Shown in pieces: positions 16,588 through 27,815 of a stretch of DNA of 64,000 nucleotides (the first letter of the stretch is position 1; every line of letters begins with the position of its first letter). The notes under the pieces were generated by a model. It worked only from the letters and a program-made list of their open reading frames with translations. It had not been told where the DNA came from and did not search any database. Origin of the DNA: Paraspadella gotoi (Eukaryota; Animalia; Chaetognatha); the NCBI GenBank assembly GCA_051294375.1, contig CM119263.1, positions 10,996,703 through 11,060,702 on the forward strand, in the 5' to 3' direction. Made by a program: the position numbers and the translations under genes.

Positions 16588-19402
16588 TTAAGATTTACTA
16601 GGTGTAATTGAAGGAGCAGCGATGACGGCGTGAAGGGTGTTGCCTCTCCCGAAGCACAGTTGATGTACGACTGAAGGCGGTGAGGACGAGGGAGAGTTTT
16701 GATGAACTTTCAGAGCGGAAGGATGATGAACGATGAGATCAGAAGGATGATCGGGCAAAGCGTTTGTAGAAGAAGTCGAGGAAAGTCCTTTGGAGACATC
16801 CCAGACACGTATGCTGCCGTCTTGCGATCCCGAGGCAAGCATAGATCCATCGGCACTGAAGCTGAGGGTATTGACGACGTCAGTGTGTCCTTTTAACTCT
16901 TTCAGCGTAGTTCCCTGAGCGATGTCCCATATCCTAAGGCGACGGTCCTCCCCGGCTGAAGCCAGAAGTTGGCCGTTTGGCGAAAAAGCAACGGCACAAA
17001 TTGTTGCACGGTGTCCTTGAAAAAGGCGCACGAATTTCCCTAGATAAAAATGTAAATAAAAAAAAATATAAGTCAAAAACAATATTTAAGTCGGGATTCC
17101 GTCATGGGATTGAAAATGCTACTCCAGCATGATTTTTTTCGTTTGTAACATATCTGTGGAGATATCTCAACATCACTTTTCTCCAGAGACTTAAATTTTC
17201 GAATTTGTCGATCAACTTATCATTTCTTTCCCTTTTAATGTTTCTCGATATCAATTAAATTTTAAAGTTTAGTACGCAAAATGTAGCATTTTTTCTGCTC
17301 TACAAAGTGGTGTGAATTTCATATTTTTTTAATGCTTATGCGCTTTGTAATTTTTAAAATTAATAAGATTATATTTTTAACAAACGTCAACTGACTTTAG
17401 AAATTTTGTTTATTCTAAAATTTTACAGTATAAAATTTAAAGAATTTTAATAAATGGGTAACACAAAATATTATATTTTTTTGCATTTTAAAATTTTAAT
17501 GAAATTAAATTTTACATAAATCTAAGATATACTATCACAAAATATTACAAACGAAAAAAATTATACTGTATTGTACCGTCATTAATCGTCCAGAGCCTAA
17601 CGGTCTTGTCAGCAGATCCCGTAGCGAAGTAGCAGTTGTTGGGGTGAAAAGCGAGACTCTCGACGGCGAGGTTGTGGCCGACCAAAGTTCGAAGCGGAAA
17701 AGTACGGTCCGTCGACCATAGACGACACGTTCGGTCAAAAGAGCCGGAAACAAACGACGACGTCCACGGAGAGGCAGGCGTAGCGACAGACAAAACCTTT
17801 AAATTTTGAATATTATTTTGAGCGACTTGACTTTCCTAACTAATGACACAAAGCATTTAAATTCCCTAACTTGGTAATTATGACCCTTGTAAACTGCAAT
17901 GTTAGAATTTTGCTCAAGGTGCCAGAGTCTCAACGTTTTATCTTCTGATGCGGAAACGAAAAAGGTTGGTTCGGGGAAAAAAGCCAAGTCCGTGACGGAA
18001 TCGAAATGACCACGAAAGATTCGAAGATCTAAAAAAATATAAAATGTTTAATCGCACGAGAATCAAAATTCGTAGTATTACTGTAAGAAACGTGACGAAC
18101 TCTGATTATGGATAAGATCAGCCTCATCATTGTCTTTGATATCAGGATCACAGTGAAGGCGAACTCGACGACAGTGGACTGGATCGGTATTGTCAAACAC
18201 TCTATCCGGGGCGGTCTACCATGATTTTAAAAGAGAGTTAAAAGTTATAGAGAAAAGTTAATTTGAGATCAGGTTGATGTAAAAAGGTATCTCACAGGGC
18301 AAACTTCGATGGATGAGTCTTCGCACCCGAAGGCTAAGACTTTGCCTTCAAGGGAGAAATCGCAGGAGGTTAATCGAGGTAGAGACGACAATCCGCCAGT
18401 GGCCTAACAATTTAATGCAAATAAATTTGAAAAAGAAGATTGGGAAGCTTGACGACTTCGGTAGAGGAGTCGTCATGCAGTTACCTGATAAACAACCACT
18501 TGAGGTGGAGCTGGAGGGAGATCACGAACAGAAGAGATGATCTTCTTGAGATTTGTCAGACTTGACTCTTCTTCGGATGAAGGGACGAAGGAAAGGTGAG
18601 ATGAACCAAGAGATTCTGAAAAAAAGATAATTAGAATAACATTTTCCTAAACGCATGATCAAACAGAAAAGAAAACCTTTGACGCCGATTTCTTTGACAA
18701 CAGACGCGAGATCTTCGATGGCATTCGCCGCGTCCTTGAGAGATCTCGGCGACGCTTCGCCCTCGACGATCATATCCACGCGTCGCTCCAACAAATGAAG
18801 AAGCGCCGTTTGATCCGCACTGTTAAACCGACGTACAAGGCATTCAAAGGCGCCGGCGCTTAAGGGCACAACGAATTTGGAATCACGAAAGTCGCGTACA
18901 GAGTCTTTCTGGAAGATGTCGTGAACGTTGAAGACTAATTGAAGAGTCTCAACCATCGCAGTCTTGATAGGATCGCCTTTTGATGATGAGAGTAAAATAA
19001 GAACTTTTCTTTGTTAAATGATAAGTATTAAGTAATGATCGAATTACCATGAAAAAGTCCTTGATGTTTAGACATAAAGCGATGGGCGGGTGTTTTATGA
19101 CTTCCGATAATCAGATCCAAGTAGATGTGACAAAACAACGGATAAAGTACGGCTTGTAACTCGATACGATATTGTTGGGGACATTCCGTGAGCAAGAAAT
19201 GTTTAAAGGAAGTAAATTGTTCGTCAAAAACAACTTCTGAAGCTCCCACACAATTGTATGAGATGGCGTTGGAAAGACCCGCAAATTTTGTCACGTGATG
19301 CCGTAGCGTCGCTTCTTGCAAAGTCTGCGCCAAATGCAAGTCCTTTCTTTTCAAATTCGCAGTCTGAGGATCGATGTATTGGTGCTTGACCAGATAGTCC
19401 AT
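16588..19402 (-). CDS. TAF5L: TAF5-like WD40 protein (SAGA/PCAF-associated), multi-exon; start codon may lie further upstream
   Basis: N-terminal YLVKHQYID...HLAQT and ELQAVLYPLFCHIYLDL (TAF5 NTD2-type). WD40 repeats: VSASEDKTLRLWHL, YKGHNY, SGSFDRTCRLWSTDRTFPLRTLVGH, FHPNNCYFATGSADKTVRLW, LASAGEDRRLRIWD. Confidence 0.88.
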
Positions 19403-20331
19403 TTCTTTGCAATAATGGGTTGTTTTTATTAATAATATTGACGAGATTTAGTTGAATGTCGAATGATTAATCAAAATTTAGAAAAATTATTGAATCTCAC
19501 TTGGATAGCTAATGCCTAATCCTATAAACGTAAGGTGAGATGAGAACTTTTAATCCTATTTTCCTGGACAGCGGAAGCGTTCGCCAGTGGGGAGGGGGGT
19601 TAAGGTTTTTCGAAGATTAAAGAGGTCGGACCAGCGGGTGCTCGCACAAGACTGACTAGTGATTCATTGTTTCAAGTTGCGCCTCCAATTTGTTCCAGGC
19701 AACCGATAAAATAAACAACTAGAGCCTTAAGTCTTAATTAATAATCAATAAAAGCTTGACAAACGCCGCTCGAGGAAAAAGCAAGAACACCATATGATAT
19801 ATGTACGTTTACTAATGACATGCCGTTAAAATTTTAGTGAAACATGTTGTTTTTAGATTTGTCTGAACATGTTATTCATAAAAAAACGTTTAATATTATT
19901 TTATTATTATTTTTCAAAAACTTTCCACGGATGATAAAGGGGCTGCGCAAAACAAGTAGAAGAGGCAGACGAATAAGGGCAAACAAAAGGCTAAAATTTG
20001 TTATCGGCTAAATTAAAACAAATTATAAGTTTTTATTTTAATAAAACTAATTATTTAGTCGCCACGTGTCAATAGTAAATAAATAGCACCAATTTGTTTA
20101 TACCTGAATGATGATATATTTTATGGTTGGTCCTACCTATTTAGACAATTCTTAATCGAAAGAAATAATTTGTACAAATCGAGCATGAAACTGGGACAAA
20201 CTTACTTACAAACTTACTTAGTATATTATTTAAAATTATATAGAAATTATAGTGCATAATGCAATTTTATTGTATTATATAATATATATATGTATATTAT
20301 ATATATTATATTATAATGATATGTCATTATT

Positions 20332-20404
20332 TTGTAAGAGTGATGGAGGCCTTAAACCACCAAAGTCAGGGGCAAGATAGCTTATTTATTAAATGAATGG
20401 ATAA
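20332..20404 (+). repeat. Short (~110 bp) dispersed repeat, at least 8 full or partial copies in the window
   Basis: Core aaagtcaggggcaagatagcttatttattaaatgaatggataa...ttggttgtaccaatttcat recurs at ~2650-2735(-), 20750-20800, 23155-23238, 38401-38510, 39568-39650(-), 52800-52845(-) and 52926-52962. Confidence 0.7.
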
Positions 20405-20525
20405 GTTTTATATTTATAATTTTATATTCATAATTAATTTTGAACTTTTAACTGCTTAACCTCAGAGAGCAGCACGGAGAGGACTGGCGAAGCTATTGGA
20501 AGTACCAACAAGTGAACGAGTTGTT

Positions 20526-20563
20526 TTTGAATTGTACCCGCGAAATTCAGTTGTACTTCCAAT
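20526..20563 (+). promoter_or_regulatory. Candidate cell-cycle promoter elements upstream of PBK: CHR TTTGAA, E2F-like CCCGCGAAA, CCAAT
   Basis: TTTGAA at 20526-20531, CCCGCGAAA at 20537-20545 and CCAAT at 20559-20563 cluster in a GC-richer island ~470 nt upstream of a mitotic kinase ATG. The motifs are short and could be chance. Confidence 0.3.
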
Positions 20564-21020
20564 TCGGACCGCGATCCTACCCAGTAATACCACCGAAAAG
20601 TTTAACTGTATCTTTGCTAAAATAAATAAATTTAAAAAAGTAAATATAATCTCGAATCTCTCAATTCGAATTTGAGCTATTTTTTTCAAAAATTAATATC
20701 CGTTACAATTGCTTTACTTTTCATTCTCGCGAACATATATTAAAATTTAAATGAATGGATAATTTTTATATAGGTTGTAGAACAACTTGTACCAATTTCA
20801 TATTGAATTGTTGTCCTTTTCTTATCTTTCCAGAAAAAAAACCTTTCAATTCAACGTCTCTCCGTGGTCCTCATTAACGGAAACGCCGCTCTACTTAAAG
20901 TAGACGCGTCTATATGGTTCTATTTTATCCAGTGTCTACCTAATTTTTTTTTTTCTTCATTTCTTTAATCTTTTCATACACTTTAAAACACTCATCCATA
21001 AGCTTTTATCAGTTTTAAAC

Positions 21021-22950
21021 ATGTTCACGCCGCAATCGAAATACCGTTCATTTCCTCGCCTGCAAGATAGTCCGCTAAAATCTGACTCAAAACTTTTCAC
21101 AATTCCATCTTCTCCATTGATGAAAAAGTTAGGATGGGGTACTGGCGTATCCGTTTATTGCTACAATCGAAACAAGGGTAGTGCAGTAATAGTTATTGTT
21201 AGTTTCACTCAAGTACTTCAATTACGACTTTCTTTCATGTAAGGTTCGGAAATTCCAAAAACGCCGACCCGATGGCCTCGAAGAGACAAACCGGCCTCGT
21301 TTCAATCTCCTTGGGCGATAAAAAAAGTGAACAAGAAAGCTCCACCGATTGTTACGCAGCGTTTAAAGGAGGAGGCCGAGTTATTAAAAAATCTTTGCCA
21401 CCCCAACATCGTTGGATTTCGACAAGTTTGTGGAGGAATATTATAGTAGCTAATAATTATCTTATATCTCATTGAAATGGAATCGGGGATAAAATTATTA
21501 TAATAAATTACTTCGTTTTAGGTCTCGACAACTCCGGATGGAAGAATGGCGATGGCGATGGAATTAGGAGGAGACGGTTCTTTAATGGATAGGTACTAAA
21601 AAATATTAAAAAATACGGTAAAATCATTAATTTAATGAGTGATATGTTCTCGAAAATTAATTAACATTACCTAACATTACTTGACATTCATTTCATTTAA
21701 AATACCAGTTGTATTGTTTATCGCTTATCAGCAGATCCCGACTCTATAATTCACTTTGTCGGTCCGTCGGTCCGCCCCATCAATCTTGTCTAGCATTCAG
21801 AACATCGAATTATAATAAATTATGCAAAAAAAAATGTCTGTCTGTTCGTCCGTCCGTCCCACCTTAGGGAAAAAACTCCAATTACTCGTTATTGGTTGAA
21901 TGGATTGGAATGAAATTTTGTGTGCGAGTAGGGAAATGTGTGATTGAGCTAGATATGAAGTTTCGATGGAATCATGCAAGTGGAAATGAGTTTAAATGAA
22001 TATGCTTCTTTTTCTTTTTATATTAAATGTAAATACAAGATGTATTAATTAATCAAATAATTAATCAGTTAATAAATCAATTATTCAATCATTCAATTAT
22101 TTATCTATTAATTAATTATTCAATCAATCAATCATTATTGGCATTATTGTCGTCGTTGCCATCAACGTCGTTGTTGCTTTTGTCGTGGTCAGTGACGAAA
22201 AGACCCAATTACTTCTAATGATCGTGGGCAGATCCGACATTGTTTGCTCAAACTTGTTTTTAGATAAAGCTAAAGTGTAATTTTCGGCGCAGAATCGAAG
22301 GGAGACTCGAGTCATCCTCCGGCGCCTTTCCTGCAGTCCACGTCTTCCGTGTCGGCCTTCAAGTGTCTCGTGCTCTTGCCTACCTTCACCACGAGCGCTA
22401 TCTTCTTCACGGCGACATCAAGAGTGCCAACGTGCTCGTGCGAGGTCGAGACTTCGACGTCGTAAAAATCTGCGACTTCGGCGTCTGTCAGCGTCTGGAC
22501 GAGAACATGGAAATGATCGTCGATGATGATGATGAAGACGAGGCAGAGTACGTGGGGACCGAGCCGTGGTGCGCGAAGGAAGTCTTTGACGGAGGCGTCA
22601 TCTCCAATAAGACGGACGTCTTCGCTTTCGGACTCACCCTTTGGGAGATGTGGACTTTAAAGGTTCCTCACATTTTGGAAGCAGCGGAAGATGAGGACGA
22701 CGAGGTTAATGAGCAGGACGAAAATGTCACACACGACGACGACGATGATGGAAAAAATAACTGCACTTTTGGAACCCGACCGCCAATGCCGGAAGATATT
22801 CTCGATTCAAGCGAGCACTCCGCTCTTGTCGATATATTTCTAGTCTGCACAATGGAGGATTCTAAGAAGCGACCGACTGCACAAGCGATCGTAAAGGCTT
22901 TTGAAAACATGAAGGCGGACTTTATAGAAACACCCACAACGACCCCATAA
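21021..22950 (+). CDS. PBK: PDZ-binding kinase / TOPK. Exons 21021-21177, 21244-21425, 21522-21592, 22293-22950
   Basis: [76 protein letters not shown] and FGTRPPM are PBK-family motifs. Head-to-head with TAF5L. Confidence 0.93.
21727..22110 (-). mobile_element. Second copy of the (GGAC)n-containing HINE-like repeat, in PBK intron 3
   Basis: Reverse complement of 11270-11830 (cagcagatcccgactctataattcactttgtcggtccgtcggtccgcccc...). Confidence 0.6.
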
Positions 22951-23655
22951 GACTCAACTCAAGGAATTAAATTTTTTTTACATTTTACTTGTTCGTTTTT
23001 AGTTGGTTTTAATTACTAAAATTCAAAAGTATTTTTTTGGGAAAAAAAAGAAACATTCTTTGAAATATTAAACCACTTCATTGATAGGTAAGCCAGGCAC
23101 TCTGGGAGTGAATAAACGAGACTGAGAGTCTTGATTGAAGGCTATGTCATTATCTTTAAACCACCAAAGCATGTTCAAAGTCAGGGGAAAGATAGCCTAT
23201 TTATTAAATGAATTGAATTGGTTGTACCAATTTCATAAAAATCTCTCCTCGAAAAATAATCTTAATATTAATATTGATGTACTTTTCTTAGCTTTTTATC
23301 AGGTAACAATTATAATTGGTATTAGTTATTTAGTCTTTTTTGATAAATGACTTGTTGTTGTCGTTGTTGCTGTCACCAAACTTTGCACAATTCACTTGAG
23401 TTGTAAATAAATGTTGACAATTGAGCCAAACTGATTTCTTTTTGTTCCTTTTTTTTATTCCGGAATAAAAAAGATTTTGATTCAAAATAATGAAAAATTA
23501 AAACACCGAATTAAGTAGAAAATAACCCTTACGATATAACAAAAAAATACAACAACAAAAATTTAGGAGCTGTGAGTAGCGAGAAAAAGAAAGAAGCAAT
23601 GAAATATTTATTTTATTTTATTTACCATGTATAAAACGATGAAAAAACAGTTTTT

Positions 23656-26600
23656 TCAAGAAGGTTCCCGAGGAACTTTTTGAATGTTGACCGTATAGAC
23701 CTTGTAGTCGTCAACGTCGACTGCCGAGGTGACGCCATTGCGCGACGTTATTTCTGCCTGTGAACGGTGCCAATCAGGGTCAAAGACCGTTCGCCGAGGA
23801 GCTGATGCGGTGTTGGTGCGATACCTAAAAATTGACCAAGGCAAGAGATATGGATCAATGATAATTAATTATAATATTAATTAATTATAATGGAGGCCTG
23901 TTCAAAGTCTGGCACTACTGCATATTTATTTCTTGTAAGAGGGATAGAGACCATAACCTGTTCAATTTCAAAATAACAAGAAGATTCAAAGATGTATATC
24001 TTAGATTTTGACTTCTGACTCTTCGTAATTTGTATTCTTGAGTATAAAGTTATAAACTATAATAAATTTTACGAAAAGAAATTATTTAAAGAAATTATGT
24101 AGAAAAGTTTTTTTGACTTTTGAAACAAAAAAATAAAATAGGAAGATGTTTCCCTTTTGCATCATCGTACCATGCCTCGTAGGGATCCTCGCCGTTGACG
24201 CCATTCATGGTGTTGACGCTAGAGTAGGCATCGAGGTTAGCGCTTCCATAAGCATTGAGCGAAGAACTTCCCAGAGACCGTGGCGTCGACAGGCCATATT
24301 GGTTGACGCGACCGTAGAGGGCGTGAGCCTTGAGCGCTGGATCTCCGTAACGAGCGTCGCCGTAGGGATCGAGGGATACGCTGCCGTAAGGGTTTTCGTC
24401 GCGACTCGGGAGAGAACGCATTGTTATCGTCTGAGTCGATGAAGGCTCTTTGGGGATACTATTAGGAAGAAATGACAAGATATAAAGCGAATGAAATATA
24501 TAATACCAATTCGTCAATTTTTCTTGTAAAACATTTTATATGTACATATCTTAATCCCTCTATTTTTAAAATTTAAAAATTATTATGATTATCATAACGA
24601 TTAAGATTATGATTATTATAAGAAGAACGGAAACTCTAATGTGTGTTGCGCCGTAGTGACTTTATTAGCCCGTCTTTTATTCTTTCTAAGCAGTCACTGA
24701 GACTTGAGGTTTTTTCCTGTCTTAACAAATGAGCAGCCGACTATAGGCGAGTTATGAGCATTTTTAATAAAAGTAGGTCAGACCGACGGACTGACCGACC
24801 GAACGAATACTCGCGGCGTAACTAAAAATTGTCCGTTAGCGAAGTTTTTTTTCTGTTATAACGGTCACAGGCCAACAGCGGATTCAGTTATTACGGATAC
24901 CTGTAAAAACCGATCACGTAAAGTACGCATTTGATCAGACACGGAAGTCCGACGTAGATGGCGCGTGTAACGCCGCCCCACGTGGCTCGACGATCGACGT
25001 CAGTATTCAGGGGGTCGTAGTAGGCTTCCATCATGTACCAGACTGTAATCGCCACTTCGAAAACCGTCTAGGTGAGTGATGAAAATGGGCTTCAATTTTT
25101 TTTTGAATTATTTACAAATATATATTATCTCGCCTCGGCCTATGCCTAGGCCCGTCTTGGGCAAGTTTTAGGTTTACTTGGGCTTCTTAGTGACGTTGTC
25201 GTCACACCTTTTTATAATTAGATGTAAAAGTGTGCATTGTGCAATTGTAAGAAGCTAAAAATTTAGATATGGCTTCTAATCATCAAGATCTTATAAAATT
25301 ACATATTTTACACTGCGGCGCAAAAAAAAAAAGAGACTTCTTTCTCACCGAAAAAAACTATATTGGATGGATGAATTTCACTGAGATATAAATGTGAATT
25401 GTAAACTGTACAATTTATGCGTTTATCTGTAATGCTGTATGCCCTTTTGAATGTACTGTTTCAACTAATTGTTGTAACGAATAAAACACATATATATTAA
25501 AAACATAAAACAAAGTTTATTAAAAGATAAAGGGATTGGTCCAGGTCCCATTAAAATCAAGTCTTATAATATATTTATAATATGAAATTAGCTGAACAAA
25601 TTCAACTCAAATATCTGTAGGGATATAAATTTTTATAATTATATTAAAATTTTTTTAAAATTTTTATTATAAAATTATAGTTTTGATTTTAAGATAATTT
25701 AAAGCTGATGAAGGCTTGAAATAAAGTCGAAACATGTCTGTTTTATATTAAAACAAAATTGTTGTCAAAACTTAATTCAAACTGTCTCTAAAAAATAATT
25801 TTTAAAAAAATTGATTGTTTTTAATATTAATTATTAAAATGTTAACCCATTTATGTTTAATTTCATTATGATTTTGCTAATTCTATATTGTAAACATCAG
25901 TCAGAAAAAGAAGTGTCATCAATACTAATCACTTTTTCCCAATTCCTTTTTGAGACTTTAAATTCTTGCTATATTCTACTGCCTGAACCAATTCAAATTT
26001 TTCTTGCACTAATCAATATCTCTTTAAAAGATCTATACTTTTCATATACATTATACATTATATTATACATATGTATATTTTCTCAAAATTAAAAAAGAAA
26101 TAGTGGTGTATTTAAAGCTACCTAGTGGCTTTTTTTTGCGCCGCAGTGTACATTGATACAAGTTTTTATTTTTTATTTCCTTTCTTATTATGACTAATTG
26201 AAATATATAAATTAGTATATAGTATAAGGAATAATTTTGTTTCTTTTTTTAAAATTATATGTCGCACTCTCTCTCTTTTTCTCAGTTGCTGCAGCGGCTG
26301 GACTTGTAATGTTAAACATCGCAGTCACGCATGTTAACATTTTACCATCGCAAAACCTTTTTTTGTCTCGCATTTTTTCTTCCCCTCATTCCCTCTATTC
26401 TAACTGTTTGATTTTTTTTTTATTATTTTATTTATTTTTCCCACATCTATTCATTTAAATTCTTAAATTAAATTAATTAAATTTGTTCAGTTTAATTAAT
26501 TCAGTTCATACTTTTAAATTTATTTACTCAATGTAATTCTCAATTCTTTCATTTATCTAAATTAAATAAAGTTAAATTTAATTCATTCATTTTAATCATT

Positions 26601-27815
26601 CAATTCATTCATTTAATTTAATTCATTCAATTCATTTTATTCAAATCATTTCAAATTAATTCATTCCATTCAATTCATTTCATTTTGTTTTATTCATTCA
26701 TTGCATTTTTTATGTTTTCCCATCAATATTCCTTATCATCACATCAATAATTCGTTATCATCGCATAAAAAATGTGTTATCACATTAATATTTTTTTATG
26801 ATCGCATTAATAATTCATTATTATTGCCTCAATAATTTATTATCATCGCATCAATAATTCCTTTTTGTATTAATCATTCGTTATTGTGGGAGCAATCATT
26901 CATTATCATCACATCTATCAATCATTCATTATCATCCCATCAATCGTTATCATCGCATCAATCATTTATTATCATCCTATCAATCAATCATTCATTATCC
27001 TCGCATCTATCAATCATTCATTATCAATTAATCTTTCGTTATCATTGCATCAATCAATTTATTAACATCGTATTTTATTTTACTGACAAAATAACGGAGT
27101 TTCAATCATAAAAACTTATTTTAAAGACGTTCAACAGGAAGCGAGATAAAATTCGCCATTTCATGCTCAGTCGTTTCTCTACTCACCTGGACCACGATGA
27201 TCGCGACCATGAAGGCTTTTGACTTAAAGAGATTGTCATAACGACTTCGTCCGTCCAGGCGACTTAAATTCATCGCCGAGAGTCGCTCTTGTCGTCCCTC
27301 AGCCTCGTTAATTATCACGTGAAAACCTATTGACGCCATCGATACCAGCAGCAACAAATGCCAAAGCAGCTGCACGATAAAAAGACCCTCGGCGAAGTCG
27401 TTGTATAATTTCAGCAGGACCTCTAAAACTGAATGGGGTTGTTAGCGTTCATCCACGAAAACTTACTAAAACATCATCATAATCATAGTTACTTAATACT
27501 GGGACGATGATAAAGACACTGAAAGCTATGAGGATCGTGTTGAACACAAAAGGGCGAAAGTTGAAGGATTTTCTGTCGCTGGATTCAAAAAACATCATGA
27601 GAAACAATGCGACGAGAAACAACGACGAGCCTGGGCGTGAAAGCAAAAAGTAAATAAAAGGAGATAGAGAGACGGAAAGAGTGAGCAAGAGAGAATTCTT
27701 ACCAAGTCTTAGGTAATGAAGCTTGGTGAAGACGAAAAGAGTGAAATGAGAGACGTCGTAGCCAAATAGTACGTGGCTGTGTTGAACGAGCGACGTCGCC
27801 ACAACAAATACATCT
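23656..27815 (-). CDS. Uncharacterised multi-pass membrane protein with a long Tyr-rich C-terminal tail. Exons approx. 27815-27702, 27630-27467, 27420-27187, 25067-24901, 24458-24171, 23824-23656; start codon uncertain
   Basis: In-frame GT-AG splicing links hydrophobic helices (PFVFNTILIAFSVFIIVPVL, GLFIVQLLWHLLLLVSMASIGFHVII, AFMVAIIVVQTVFEVAITVWY, AIYVGLPCLIKCVLYVIGFY) to a hydrophilic tail ending VPREPS*. Confidence 0.6.
25311..26148. mobile_element. Tc1/mariner-type non-autonomous element (838 bp) inserted at a TA site
   Basis: Perfect terminal inverted repeats cactgcggcgcaaaaaaaa / ttttttttgcgccgcagtg flanked by TA at 25309-25310 and 26149-26150. No transposase ORF. Confidence 0.8.
25705..25738 (+). 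ncRNA. Minimal type I hammerhead ribozyme motif (Penelope-like element type)
   Basis: CTGATGA-A-GGCTT-gaaata-AAGTC-GAAA-CATG-TC: catalytic core boxes, 5-bp stem II, palindromic ACATGT stem III and a GUC cleavage triplet. Stem I is degenerate. Confidence 0.55.
26560..27065. repeat. Degenerate (ATTC)n and attatcatcgcatcaat tandem repeats in an intron
   Basis: Visible reiterated units. Confidence 0.75.
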
